Shown in pieces: positions 12,801-24,962 of a stretch of 64,000 nucleotides of DNA. A program made the position numbers and the translations under genes. How positions within the stretch are numbered: the stretch's first letter is position 1; every line of letters starts with the position of its first letter. Origin of the DNA: Octopus sinensis (lineage: Eukaryota); contig NC_043006.1 of the NCBI RefSeq assembly GCF_006345805.1, positions 52,948,001 through 53,012,000 on the forward strand, given 5' to 3'. The notes under the pieces are model-generated. The model saw only the letters and a program-made list of their open reading frames with translations, had not been told where the DNA came from and did no database searches.

Positions 12801-13320
12801 TGCCGGTGGCACATAAGAAAACCATCCGAACGGGACCGTAGCCAGTACCGCATCGACTGGCCTCCGTGCCGTGGGAACGTAACAAACACCATCCGATCGT
12901 AGCCGTTCGCCAGCCTCGTCTGGCACCTGTGTCGGTGGCACATAAGAAAAAACACCGAAAACACCATATCCGAGCATGGCCGTCTGCCAGCCTCGTCTGG
13001 CACCTGTGTCGGTGGCACATAAAAAACACCATCCGAGCGTGGCCGTCTGCCAGCCTCGTCTGGCACCTGTGTCGGTGGCACATAAAAAACACCATCCGAG
13101 CGTGGCCGTCTGCCAGCCTCGTCTGGCACCTGTGTCGGTGGCACATAAAATCACCCACTACACTCTCGGAGTTGTTGGCGTTAGGAAGGGCATCCAGCTG
13201 TAGAAACACTGCCAGATCTGACTGGCCTGGTGTAGCCTTCGGGCTTGCCAGACCCCAGTTGAACCGTCCAACCCATGCTAGCATGGAAAGCGGACGTTAA
13301 ACGATGATGGTGATGATGAT
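9832..13320 (+). mobile_element. 5'-truncated RTE-clade LINE, disrupted ORF2 (APE endonuclease, RT, Cys/His-rich segment), 3'UTR and (GAT)n tail
   Basis: APE motifs AYAPQ, GDFNGHVG, SQIDYIL, QHRLVV. RT motifs KAPGPSGI, QFGFVPG, DMEKAFD, QGSVLSP, YADD, YLG. Stop at 10613-10615, frameshifts near 10895 and 11815. Ends ggacgttaaacgatgatggtgatgatgatg. Confidence 0.97.
12909..13147 (+). repeat. 63-bp tandem repeat (about 4 copies) in the RTE 3'UTR
   Basis: Unit gccagcctcgtctggcacctgtgtcggtggcacataaaaaacaccatccgagcgtggccgtct starts at 12909, 12986, 13049 and 13112. Diverged units lie upstream from ~12795. Confidence 0.92.
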
Positions 13321-13654
13321 GTATGTATGTTATTATGGTTGTCGTTTTGATAAATAAATAAGTCAACATTTTAATATCCTAAAGTTGACGAACCAACTAA
13401 TACGTTTCTCCATTTTCTTATTTGCACTATATATATACATATGCTTATATTCAGAGAGAATGATGAGGCTACGAGAGAGACTAACCAAACGTTACTGTAA
13501 AAGATTCCAACAGGAAAAGGTAAATTAACTCAATATCGCAAACTAACAATCTGCAATGCAGAGCATTGTTGCTTGACCAACTAGAAATAGCAATAAAATT
13601 TCATTGGACACACACATAACCGTCGTAAAAGAAAATCACATTGTTAATGTTGTC

Positions 13655-13702
<48 letters not shown>

Positions 13703-14084
13703 AATGACAAGATGTTCAGGGGTGAAATGCTATTGATCATAGGTCTCGTCGAATAGGCTTGACCTGAGGTTAAATAGCAGCAACGTTCTTTAAAGTAAAC
13801 TTCTTAGGATAAACGTGAATTCTCACAGCCATATAAAGGACGATGAGCCAACAACAGACAATGAACTGCCAACACTGTAGCAAAAAATCTAAAGTTCGAC
13901 TTGAAGTCTTAGTGTTGAAATTATGTTTCAAACTAGGTTATATGGTGTAAACATTTAACTGTGCATGAGGTTGTGCGTGCCTGCGCGCGTTAGAAAATTG
14001 GAACAGTGTAATAAAGTAGACTTTAACATTGTTAGGCACTTGATTCATTAGTTGTCACTAAATACATTGTATCTACTTTGGTAT

Positions 14085-14515
14085 CAAATCTTGGTACAAG
14101 GCAGGCAATTTACGGGGAGGGAGTACGTCGATTACATCTACCCCAGTGCTCAACTGATACTTATTTTATCGACTGCGAAAGGATGAAAGACAAAGTCGAC
14201 CTCGGTGGAATTTAAACACAGAACGTATAGACGAACGAAATGCCGCTAAAGCATTTTTCTCAGCGCGCGAATTATTCTCCATGTTCACCGTCTTTATATC
14301 ATATTTATATTGGTTTCAAATGTTGCCACAAGGCCAACAATTACGCGGGAGGAGGTTAGTCGATTATATCAACCGCAATGCTCAACTGGCACTTATTTTA
14401 TAATTCCGAAAAGATGAAAGACAAAGCCGACTTCAGCGGAATTTGAACTCAAAACGTAACTACGGACGAAATGCTGCTAAGTATCGGCGTGCTAACAATT
14501 CTGCCAATTCGCCGC
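14085..14515 (-). mobile_element. Two adjacent SINE family A copies
   Basis: ttttatcgac..ggatgaaagacaaagtcgacctcgg..gaattt (reverse-complement core) occurs twice. Confidence 0.85.
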
Positions 14516-14609
14516 CTTTATATTTATATTAAGCTGTGACAACATTTCTCTATAACAAAAATCGTCAAATTCTAACTGTTAGAGCTGGGTACTTCTTTCT
14601 TTTATTCTT

Positions 14610-15065
14610 TTACTTGATTCAGTCATTTGAATGAGGTCATGCTGGAGCACCGCCTTAAAGGGTCATTAGTCGAAGAAATCGACTTATTCTTTGTAAGAAT
14701 AGTACTTATTTTATCGGTCTCTTTTAACGAACCGCTAAGTTATGAGGACGTAAACACACCAACATCGGTTGTGAGGCAGAGAGACAAACACAGACACAAA
14801 GACACACATAAATGCACACACCACAAACGCACACATATATATATATATATATATACATACATATATATATATATATATACGTACATATACATATATATAT
14901 ATACATACACACACACAACGGGCTTCTTTCAGTTTTCGTATACCAAATCCACTCACAAGGCTTTGGTTGGCCCGAGACTATAGTAGAAGACACCTGCCCA
15001 GAGTGCCATGCAGCGGGACTAAACCCGGAACCATGATGTTGGGAAGGAAGCCAAGTCTGCGCCTG
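14610..15065 (-). mobile_element. SINE family B
   Basis: Reverse complement of head, body and tail (gctggagcaccgcc..accaaatccactcacaaggctttgg..cccggaaccatg). Confidence 0.9.
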
Positions 15066-15841
15066 TATAAATAAATATTTTGTATAGGTAATGACTTCTT
15101 CGATATTTCGACTGAAGACTGTTTCTGCATTCTATTAAAACCTCTAGCATATATTTTATCCTGTAAAATTGTTTTATCCTCATCGTTTTCAGAAAGAAAT
15201 TTGGCTCACTGAATTATGTGGCTTTAAACAAAACAAAAGAGCTCCGCTGCTTTTGTTTTGTTTAAAAATGCTTTTCCCTATAGAAATTTACCCGTTTCAA
15301 TAATTATACTGCTTCCTTAGGGGCTTCTGAATCTAAATATTCTAGATAATAAAGTAGGCGTTTGAATGTTTGGGATTTAACTATTTGGTTTATATAAACT
15401 TTAGAAATTAAACTGTTGGTGATAAACACAGAAAAGGTTTAACACCATTTCTCCACACGTTTATTGTATTCCCATATGGTTTTTAAGTGAAATTAACAAC
15501 CTTATGCTTCTAAACATATCGTAAGTGTCGTAATTTAATAATAAAATACATAAATAATTTCGTATCACAGAGATTTCTTCGTTCTGAAATTAAATTTCCT
15601 TGTCTAAATGTTTTATATGAAACATCACAATAAACGAGTTTGCGACCATCCCTGCGGGCAGCTACAGAAATTGACTATTATATTCACTTTCAGAGCTAAT
15701 AACACTCAATTTCTAATATATAACTAAATATAGAACTGTATAACTACAGAATTTGTCATAGGGTGTACTTTTATTTGTCATAGAGTGTACTTTTATTTCA
15801 CAGGGAAATATAAGAACGCAATAACACATACGTGCGTGTAA

Positions 15842-16262
15842 AGGTGGCGAGCTGGCAGAATCGTTAGCACGCCGGGCGAAATGCTTAGCAGTATTTCGTC
15901 TGCTGCTACGTTCTTAGTTCAAATCCCGCCGAGGTCGACTTTGCCTTTCATCTTTTCGAGGTCGATAAAATAAGTACTAGTTACGTACTGGGGTCGATAT
16001 AATCGACTTAATCCGTTTGTCTGTCCTGTTTGTACCCTCTGTGTGTAGCCCCTTATGGGCAGTAAAGAAATAAGAAACGTTAGCATGCCTTGCGCAACGC
16101 TTTGCGGTATTTCGTCTGTCTTTACGTTCTGAGTTCAGTTTCCGCCGAGGTCGACTTTGCCTTTCATCCCTTCGGGGTCGATAAATTAAGTACCAGTTGC
16201 ATACTGGCGTCGATCTAATCGACTGGTCCCCTCCCCAAAAATGTCAGGCCTTGTGCCTAGAG
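15842..16262 (+). mobile_element. SINE family A dimer joined by the linker module
   Basis: Head-core-(ttaatccgtttgtctgtcc..agccccttatggg..aaagaaata)-partial head-core-tail. Confidence 0.9.
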
Positions 16263-16269
16263 TAGCTAA

Positions 16270-16357
16270 GTATATAGGTGTGTGTGTGTGTGTGTGTGCA
16301 TGTATAAATGTGTGTATGTGCGTGTATTTAGTAGACGGAAACTTAACCCTTCGTATC

Positions 16358-16417
<60 letters not shown>

Positions 16418-16640
16418 TGTATGTATGTATAAATTTATGTGTTTGTATCTGTTTGTCCCCCTACCATGGCTTGACAACCGATGCTGGTGTGTTTACATCC
16501 TCGTAACTTAGCAGTTCGGCAAAAGTGCCCGATAGAATAAGTACCATGCTTACAAAGAATAAGTCCAGGGTGTCGATTTCTTCGACTAAAAGGCGGTGCT
16601 CTATCATGGCCACAGTCAAAATGACTGAAGCAAATGAAAA
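16270..16640 (+). mobile_element. SINE family B 3' half
   Basis: (TG)n then cttgacaaccgatgctggtgtgtttac..gatagaataagtac..ggcggtgctc..aatgactgaa. Confidence 0.85.
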
Positions 16641-17248
16641 TTATAAAAGAATTCAATTCTTTAGATGATGTAACAGTCCATGTTTTATGTCAGGAGAGTC
16701 TCTGAAAGCTATATACTTTGTTAGATACTTGTAACATTTTCTACCATGTGAGTTGTTATTTATTAACGAAATCGAAGACATAAACTGTCTATGATATTGT
16801 TCTGCTTTTCTACGACTACGTAGAAATTTTAGCATATTTTAATATTCTGCATAACATCCTTGTTTTTATATTAGAGCAAAGCTTAACTGGTTAGACTTTA
16901 ACTTCACAAGTCCAGAGAACTCAGTATAGTAAATAATCCACTGAGCTGTGAATTCCAAAAATATTAAACCGGCATTACACTTGTAAATATGTTTCTATGA
17001 TTCAAAAGTTCGCTTCGTAAACAAGTGCTTTTGAATTCGCTCCGCCCTCCTGAGTAGAACATTCATCAAGTTTCTTTTTCTACTCTAGCCTTGAGTGAGT
17101 GTGCGTGTGTTTAAAGAAAAGAAAAGAAATTGAAAATGCACTTGAAATGTTTTTTAACACTTCTTTACTTTTCTTTAACCGGCGTAACAATTTTATTATT
17201 TTCAAATGTAATGTAAGATAGAGAAACCGAGAGCTATGTCATACTTAC

Positions 17249-17337
17249 CGAGACAAATATGCCATTGCTCCAGATCGAGAGAAATGCAACAGATCCAAGT
17301 CCCTCCATCTCACATTTCCTTTCATGAAATTGTGAAA
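17249..17337 (-). CDS. Candidate internal exon of an unidentified gene (two open frames)
   Basis: Minus strand: tttatttacatctacttaaccag acceptor, 89 nt, donor G|GTAAGTAT. Frames FHNFMKGNVRWRDLDLLHFSRSGAMAYLS and SQFHERKCEMEGLGSVAFLSIWSNGIFVS are both open. Confidence 0.3.
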
Positions 17338-17839
17338 CTGGTTAAGTAGATGTAAATAAATCTTTTTAAAAAAGCTTCATATGCATTTCAACTTCTTTTC
17401 TTTACTTCATACTTCTATTTGTGAAAAGACAACTTATCCTATGTGTATATGTGCAAGTGTGTCTCTGGGCGCGCGCGTGTTTTAGTGTTGTGTGTGTGTA
17501 TGTGCGTTTTGTATTATGTATGTATATATATATGCGTGAGAATGTATGTGTTTATCGTATACACTTCAAACCACTGATGTTGTTGAGGTACCATACACGC
17601 TAATAAAACTACGGAACTTTAAAATAATTATTTATCAGTTTTACAAATAGTATAAACTAGCAGTACCCGTGAAAATTCCAGTTATTTTGAAAGTTGTCTG
17701 ATTAAATTGTATACTTTTCAGAAGCCTTTGAATCATAAGATGGAGTAAAAATCAACAGAAACAACATCTCTGAAAGCTATTATTTTTCACTTTACGTCAA
17801 CAAATAAACAGTCTTATCTACGGAATACAATCGAAGACA

Positions 17840-18359
17840 TCTATATATATAAAACTGTAGTTGTGTGAGTGTCTGTCTCCTACGATTTAGATTCCTAACT
17901 ACTCCCACATTTTGCGGTGCAGTTTAACCAAATTCGGGTATCTTATAGTCGTGATTAATATCGAGCCCGTCTGGGTATTAGCGCGCGTCTACGATGAGTC
18001 TACGATTTTTAAAATAATTTAACATCATTTTTTTCCACTTCTTCCAATTTTTTCGTGTGTCGATGGCGGCGGAGTTGGCGTCCATGCTCACACCTGCACC
18101 TGTGTTGCTTCTCCCCCTTCTTCCCTCCCTCGTGAAGCTGTGGGGAAGGGAGTGTAAGGAAATCAACGTCGTAAAGCGTTGTCAAGGAGACCAGCGTTCT
18201 TTTAGAACAACGACTTCATGGCTTGAAGACACCAAAATTACCATCATTTTTTATTCCATTTTTAATGCATTTTTTTCTATTTTTTTGCTATAACTCACTA
18301 AAAATGCTTATATAGTTATTTCCCTTACAAACCCGAGCAACGCCGGGCGATAATGCTAG
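17840..18359 (+). mobile_element. Non-autonomous Helitron
   Basis: Sits between A (17839) and T (18360). Starts TCtatatatataaa and ends with hairpin cccgagc-aac-gccggg followed by CTAG. Confidence 0.85.
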
Positions 18360-18469
18360 TTATCTATAATATTATCCGGCAACTCTACGCTGATAATTTT
18401 TAACACCCTACAAACGCCGTACCAAATCTTCTCATTCTTTTTCTTGTTAGCTTATGTCGTCTATGGTTA

Positions 18470-18885
18470 CTCTTTTACTCCCTTTTACTTGTTTCAGTCA
18501 TTTGACTGTGGCCATGCTGGAGCACCGCCTTTAATCGAGCAAATCGACCCCAGGACTTATGCTTTGCAAGCCCAGTACTTATTCTATCGGTCTATTTTGC
18601 CGAACCGCTATGTTACGGGGCACGTAAACACACTAGCATCGGTTGTCAAGCGATGTTGAAGGGACAAACACAGACACACAAACATACTTACACATATACA
18701 TACATATACATATATATATACGACGGACTTCTTTCAGTTTCCGTCTACCAAATCCACTCACAATGCTTTGGTCGGCCCGAGGCTATAGTAGAGGACACTT
18801 ACCCAAGGTGCCACGCAGTGGGACTGAACCCGGAACCATGTGGTTGGTAAGCAAGCTACTTACCAGACAGCCACTCCTACGCCTA
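18470..18885 (-). mobile_element. SINE family B
   Basis: Full reverse-complement copy (gctggagcaccgcc..ggactgaacccggaaccatgtggttggtaagcaagctacttacc). Confidence 0.9.
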
Positions 18886-19264
18886 TATATACTTACCACA
18901 TTTACTTACCACACAACCACTCCTGCTCATAGATTGTAAACAAAATATAAATTTCGATGTAAGTAGGCGATAACCCACTGTACGAAAGCACATGCGTTAA
19001 ATGATAAGCAATATAAAATTTAAAAACGAGCAAATAATTACAGTTTTGCCGTCCAAGCACCATCGCCACATCCATTCACTAATATCTCTACTGACACCAC
19101 CACCACTACACTTATTAGTAACTACACTCAGTCCAAGTCAACGTACTTTTTGATTATTTTCATTTCATATCTGTCTATTAATATATCTATCTTTATATCT
19201 ACATCTATATCGGTAGTCCTACCTCCCTTTCCATCTAGGTATCTATTTATCCATCTACATACCT

Positions 19265-19495
19265 ATTTCTTTATTACCCACAAGGGGCTAAACATAGAGG
19301 AGACAAACATGGACAGACATAGGTATTAAGTCGATTATATCGACCCCAGTGCTTAACTGGTACTTAATTTATCAACCCCGAAAGGATGAAAGGCAAAGTC
19401 GACCTCGGCGGAATTTGAACTCACAACGTAACGGCAGCCGAAATACCGCTAAGCATTTCGCCCGACGTGCTAACGATTCTGCTAGCTCGCCGCCT
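19265..19495 (-). mobile_element. SINE family A (head-core-linker)
   Basis: cccacaaggggctaaac..gtcgattatatcgacccc..ggcaaagtcgacctcggcggaatttgaactc..gctagctcgccgcc. Confidence 0.9.
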
Positions 19496-19620
19496 ACATA
19501 CCTACCTACCTATCTACATACATACCTACCTACCTATCTACATACATACCTACCTACCTATCTACATACATACCTACCTACCTATCTACCTATCCGCATT
19601 TCTTTCTGCTGGTGTATATG

Positions 19621-20141
19621 CCGTAAATACTCGAGTGTAATCCGCATATTTTTCCTAAAATTTAAAGGTCAAAATCCCTAGTGCGTACTACATACGAGGT
19701 TAAAAATGAAAAATAGTTTCTAAGCAATGTCTGAGTCTTTATTTTCTGTCCGGCAATGTTTACTCAGACGCATTTTGTGATATCGGACACGAAAATACCT
19801 TAAGCTAAGCCTGAAAGCAATGAAGCCATAAAAGAACAATCCATAACTTGCAGTAAGCAACATTTATTAAACGTTATTACTGTTATTACTGTTATTTCTT
19901 TATTTTCTGCAAACAAAATGCACAAAAAAGTTACACGTTTGCATTATGATATATGTACAATAATAATAAAGGACGTTACCGTATACATTTTTACAAACCA
20001 AGGACGTTATATAGACCTCCTTGACACAAGTTAGAGAAGGGTTGCGTATTATACACAAAGCTTGGGTTTTTCAGAGGTACAGCACCCTAAAATTCCCCTG
20101 CGTATTATATTCAAGTGCGGACCATACTCGAGGATTTACGA
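19621..20141 (+). mobile_element. pogo/Tigger-like MITE
   Basis: TIRs ccgtaaat(c/a)ctcgagt.. and ..actcgaggatttacg. The interior is shared with the copies at 42513 and 45597. The superfamily assignment comes from TIR style and TA ends. Confidence 0.8.
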
Positions 20142-20476
20142 TATTTGTCGATTCTGACAATACGGATAGGCATTTAAACCAAAAAATGTTTTCAATTTTT
20201 GGTACAAGGCTAGTATTTTCAAGGGAGGTAGTTAATTGATTATATCGACCCCGCTGATCAACTGGTACTTATTTTATCGACTCCGAAAGGGTGAATGGCT
20301 AAGTCGACCACGGAGACATTTTGCTCGGCGTGATCTAAACCTATTGAAAAACAAGAAAAACTTAGTAATGTTTGTGATAGTCATAGTCATTGGTCCAAAA
20401 TACGTAAAAGAGTAGCGTCTACAGCTATCTGGTGGCTAAGGTCATTTCACTTTAGCTTAACTATCTATTGATATGT

Positions 20477-20777
20477 GGAGGCGCAATGGTCCAATGGTTA
20501 GGGCAGCGGACTCGTGGTCGGAGGATCGCAGTTTCGATTCCCAGACCAGGCGTTGTGTGTGTTTATTGAGCGAAAACACCTAAAGCTCCACGAGGGTCCG
20601 GCAGGAGGTGGTGGCGATTCCTGTTGTACTCTTTCACCCCAACTTTCTCTCACTCTTTCTTTCTGTTTCTTGGGTAACGCTGCGATGGACTGGCGTCCCG
20701 TCCAGCTGGGGGGAACACATACGGCACAGAAACCTGGAAACCGGGCCCATCAGCCTGGCTAGGCTTGAAAAGGGCAT
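20477..20777 (+). mobile_element. tRNA-derived SINE family D
   Basis: Head ggaggcgcaatggtccaatggttagggcagcggactc..gtttcgattcc and tail gctgcgatggactggcgtcccgtccag. A second copy lies at 60525. Confidence 0.8.
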
Positions 20778-21240
20778 ATAAGTCTTGAAAAAATTACAAA
20801 AATCGATTCCAGGTGATAATGCCATCGATGAAGCCGTGGGAACGTGCATTTGTACGCGCAAATACATCAGCTGTTGCAATCGATATTACACGTACGCGAG
20901 AAAATGCATGTGCACAAAAAAACCCGGATGGTTTGAAATAATGCCACAAAATGCAGTATATTTAAGAGACCAAAAAAGTAAGATACAAAAGAGATATTTT
21001 CTTCAAAATTTGCATGCATCGTTTTTGTCCTGCTTTTCTTCCGTCAACCTGTACACAACTGCACCCTCCATTTTTTGCTGTTCTTGTACTCTTTAAAGGC
21101 ACGTTTCTTTCCTGCCAAGCTTACTGTTTAAACCATGTTTGTGTTCTCCCAGTCAACACCCTTATCATTACTGATACTTTAAACTCTTCGGTTACACATT
21201 TGTGTGAATAGAAACGTTTTTCTTTGGAATAGAAAAAAGT
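20777..21240 (+). mobile_element. Fragment of a Helitron-like family also present at 58125-58530 (-)
   Basis: tataagtcttgaaaaattacaaaaatcgattccaggtga and 21020-21240 match the reverse complement of 58125-58400. Confidence 0.7.
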
Positions 21241-21399
21241 CTATCTTTATTTCTTCTTTTGCTGGTGTCTCAAATTTAGGTTAAATCAGGGTTTCTCAAA
21301 GGAGAGACCTATGAGACAGTCGGACAAGTTGTTTTGAGAAAATTTGGTTTAAATGTTTGACAACTCAGCACCGACCAGTGGTGTAATCATATATATATA

Positions 21400-21720
21400 A
21401 TCTTGGAATCTTGTTGAGAGAGCACATAAGTCCGGCGTGAGGGATGTCATCGTAGAATATACACGCAGCAAGTTTAGATGGGCTGGACACGTCAACCGGC
21501 TCACAAATAATCGGTGGACCCGCGCAGTTGTCGAGTGGTACGTGCGCAAGCGGAAACGACCACTCGGAAGGCCTCCACGACGGTGGAGTTACGATTTCAG
21601 GAGGGCGATTGGGATCACGTAGATGAGAAAGGCGCGATCCAGAGAGGAGTGGATAGCGTGCAGTGACCAGCGGTGTCAAATGGACGCTCGACGGACTGGT
21701 CGGTCAAGGTGATCAAGGTG
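21400..21720 (+). mobile_element. RTE-clade LINE 3' fragment within (TA)n
   Basis: RSKFRWAGHVNRLTNNRWTRAVVEW..RPLGRPPRRWS C-terminal motif, tail ggactggtcggtcaaggtgatcaaggtg, TA tracts on both sides. Confidence 0.88.
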
Positions 21721-23059
21721 TTATATATATATATATATATATATATAATTTAAGATAGAGTAAAAATTAGTATAATAAGAGATCGTTTTAAAAGTTAAGA
21801 GAGGCTTAACTTGTCGGAAGTCGTACTAAACATCTTGTATTTAGTTACATCAGTTATGACTTGAATTTAAATCCGTGGTGATCATTTTGTATGTCATCCT
21901 TTAATGATTGACAAAATAAGTTTCAATAATATTTCTTGGTCGATTCAATCTACCATAATTCTACACAATAACTAAAACAAATACAGCAAAGTATTTTAGA
22001 TCGATGATCTAACAATTCTAGCCATATATATATATATATATATACTAAAGCTGTAAGAGAAGAAATTGTCTAAGACCTTTAGGAAATGTTCCATTATCAT
22101 GGTGATTACACCAATCATTTTAGCAATATTTTGGATAAACTGATACAAACATTCTGCTAAATAATAGTTCATGCTCATAGGACTTCATGAAAACAGCGCT
22201 TTAATGCACCTCGTATTTCAGAGACGTTGTTTATATTTCTAGATAAGGATTCAATTGACAAAATTTATTCTTTGTTTCGAGAAGCACGCATGAATATTCG
22301 CATATTACTATGTCATCTGCCCTACTATAGCAGCTCTTTTCTTAATTATTTTGACCTATAATTCTGCATTGGCCGGAAATCACAGCAGGACTTATGCCTG
22401 GTCAAATAGACCAACACAAATATTACCAACACTATAGACCAACACAAATATTCGGCAGAGCGTTTTGCTAGAAAGTTATTCCATTTACTAGTCGTATTAC
22501 AAAAACGTGTTGTTTCTTGAGACTGCACATATTACATGTATTCCATTCAGTGGGAAAGCATGGTTTGCCAAACGTACACATTTTGCTGGGTCTTACAGAT
22601 AAAGTGTCGTGCAAGTTAGATAGATTATATCAGATTGATCAGTGAAGAGATTTCAAATCCTACCAAATCTAAAAGAATGCACTAAATGATGTCGAAGCAC
22701 GGGCGTCATGTTCCTTGTTGCCACTAGTGTATTTTCCTTCTTTCAGGAAAATACACAAAAAATATCCCAAGTTTTTCTTCAAGAAACTCATACAAAAAAC
22801 GAAACTCAGGAGATAAAGGCTTTCGCCACTACATTCAGTGTGCAACACCAAGAAATTGTTTTTGGCATATAGTAGGTGGTATCATTCAACTTTTTCCTTT
22901 TATACATCTTCAAAGTTCATGTCAGTATTGAAGCCAGTTATTCAGTCATATCTATCTGTCAAGTATGTCTAGATATAATATAAATAATATATAAATATAT
23001 GCATATATACATATATGTACATACCTACATATATGTGTATATATACATGCGTGATTAGA

Positions 23060-23210
23060 TGAAACAGGGACAACTGAAGAAGGGGAATATTCTTTATGTT
23101 CTTTGTCTCGTTTCTCTGTTTCTTCGTTGTTTGAAAAAAGTTCGTTTATATGTTTTTGTGTTTATGTTTTCGTTTCTCATTGTGTTCAACAATTTTTTTA
23201 TGTCCTGTAC
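23060..23210 (+). repeat. Dispersed repeat fragment, unclassified; reverse-complement copy at 60115-60250
   Basis: ctctgttt(c/t)ttcgttg..aaaaaagt(t/c)cgttt..tttatgttttcgtttctc is shared by both copies. Confidence 0.7.
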
Positions 23211-23869
23211 CCATATATGCATGTATATATGCATAGATATGTAGGTATGTTCATATATACATATGTATATATGCATATATTTATATATTATTTATATTAT
23301 TATTTGATCGAACGCCACGCATCCTTTTCCAAGTATGTCTAGATATATACCTATAAAAGTAATGGTCAAGTGGTATTTGGACTTCAGCACAAGAGAACCA
23401 AATTTGATGTAATTTTTATATCAATAGGAATGAAGTTGTGTGGCGAGCGAATTCAGAATTCTTCTATTTAACCACATAAATTCAATTAGTGGGTGGTTCA
23501 GTTGACCGAACTACAAAATTCTCGTCGTTGAAACCTAAGTAGTGTCCACAACCATAACACTATCACGAGCTACCGATTCTTACCAATACTAAGCTGATAA
23601 TTCTTGGCATACGAATAGATTTGGATTGAAATGGATTTTCTAGATTCTTTGTAATTAAATGTTTTACATATGCATCATCCTATTTCGGCCGCTTCACAGA
23701 ATTTGCTGGGTTGATATAAAGTAAATTTATTAGATTTCATAAGAATTTGTAATACTAGCTAAACTGGTGTTGACATATTTAAAGCAGAATTCATTAAAAA
23801 AAATTAAGTAGAAATAATTATGTCGTAGATAAAAACGATCGATATTACTTTCATTATTTCAGCAAGTAA

Positions 23870-24485
23870 GGCGGAGAGCTGGTAAAATAGTAAGCACGCC
23901 GGGCAAAATGTTCAGTGGTATTTCGTCTGCCACTACGCTCTGAGTTCAAATTCCGCTGAGGTCGACTTTGCCTTTCATCCTTTCGGGGTCGATAAATAAA
24001 GAACCAGTTACGCATTGGGGTCGATATAATAGACTTAATCCGTTTGTCTGTCCTTGTTTGTCCTCTCTGTGTTTAGCCCCTTGTGGGTAGTAAAGAAATA
24101 GGTATTTCGTCTGTCTTTACGCTCTGAGTTCAATTTCCGCTGAGGTCGACTTTGCCTTTCATCCTTTCGGGGTCGATAAATAAAGAACCAGTTACGCACT
24201 GGGGCCGATATAATCGACTTAATCCGTTTGTCCGTCCTTGTTTGTCCTCTCTGTGTTTAGCCCCTTGTGGGTAGTAAAGAAATAGGTATTTCGTATGTCT
24301 TTACGTTCTGAGTTCAAATTCCGCCGAGGTCAGCTTTGCTTTTCATCCTTTCGGGTTCAATAAAATAAGTACCAGTTGATTCTTTCTTTTATTTATTTTT
24401 TTTTTTTTTTTGCGTGGTAGCGGGGTCAATAAAATCGATTTATCCCCTTCCCCGAAAGTTGCTGACCTTGTGCTAAAATTTGAAA
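23870..24485 (+). mobile_element. SINE family A trimer, 184 bp period
   Basis: gtatttcgt starts at 23918, 24102 and 24286. Architecture is head-(core-linker)2-core-tail. Confidence 0.92.
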
Positions 24486-24962
24486 TATTATTTCAGCAAG
24501 TAACAGGGACTACTTTAAACTATTCTGATCTTATTGTGGCGTCAACAGTAAAGCATAAGTATTGACTTGTTCGCGTATGTCGAGACATAAAAAGCTGATA
24601 TTGTTAGTTTTTATCCTCACTATAAATATATCTACAGTTGCAGTAGAATTATGTCAGTGACCAGGTTGCAGTAATACGGCGAAATATTAGATACCACATG
24701 AAAGAAATTTAAAGAGAATTTAATAGATCTATGTTTTTAAATGGCTAGAATAGATGTTTCATGAAGTAACTGTTTCAGTTTAAACACATCACTTCAGAGC
24801 AACTGACATGCTAGATAAGCACAGATCCTAAGTATATCTAATAATCTTTATAAAGCATCTTTATGAAAAGTTAACACTTACTTTTCAATTATTTTTCGTG
24901 AAGATAGTGTTTCACGATTGGTATCGAAACACTTAAACTCTACTTAAACTTTCAAAAAAAAA

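Noticed and set aside
12745-13284. ORFs with 21-aa repeats; CRISPR-like appearance
   Set aside because: These are the 63-bp tandem units of the RTE 3'UTR. There are no unique spacers and no cas genes, and the context is eukaryotic.
13455-13519. Possible plus-strand exon (RMMRLRERLTKRYCKRFQQEK, AAG|GTAAAT)
   Set aside because: Weak pyrimidine tract and phase-incompatible with the 8298 candidate. Such short hits are expected by chance in 64 kb.
17249-17337. Opsin/GPCR TM3-like look of CEMEG..SIWS, and an MMP-like KAFSTW at 28025
   Set aside because: Motif spacing and flanking residues do not fit either family, so no product name was assigned.
20477-20560. tRNA-like sequences at SINE heads (also 24970, 26150-26225, 33110-33170, 60525)
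   Set aside because: They lack complete cloverleafs and run into SINE or PLE bodies, so they are tRNA-derived promoters rather than tRNA genes.
22720-22870. VFLQETH peptide resembling the L1/Tx1 APE endonuclease motif
   Set aside because: A single short motif with no other APE motifs in register.
23070-23110. CTGAAGAAGGGG in an unclassified repeat
   Set aside because: No downstream GAAA or helix III.
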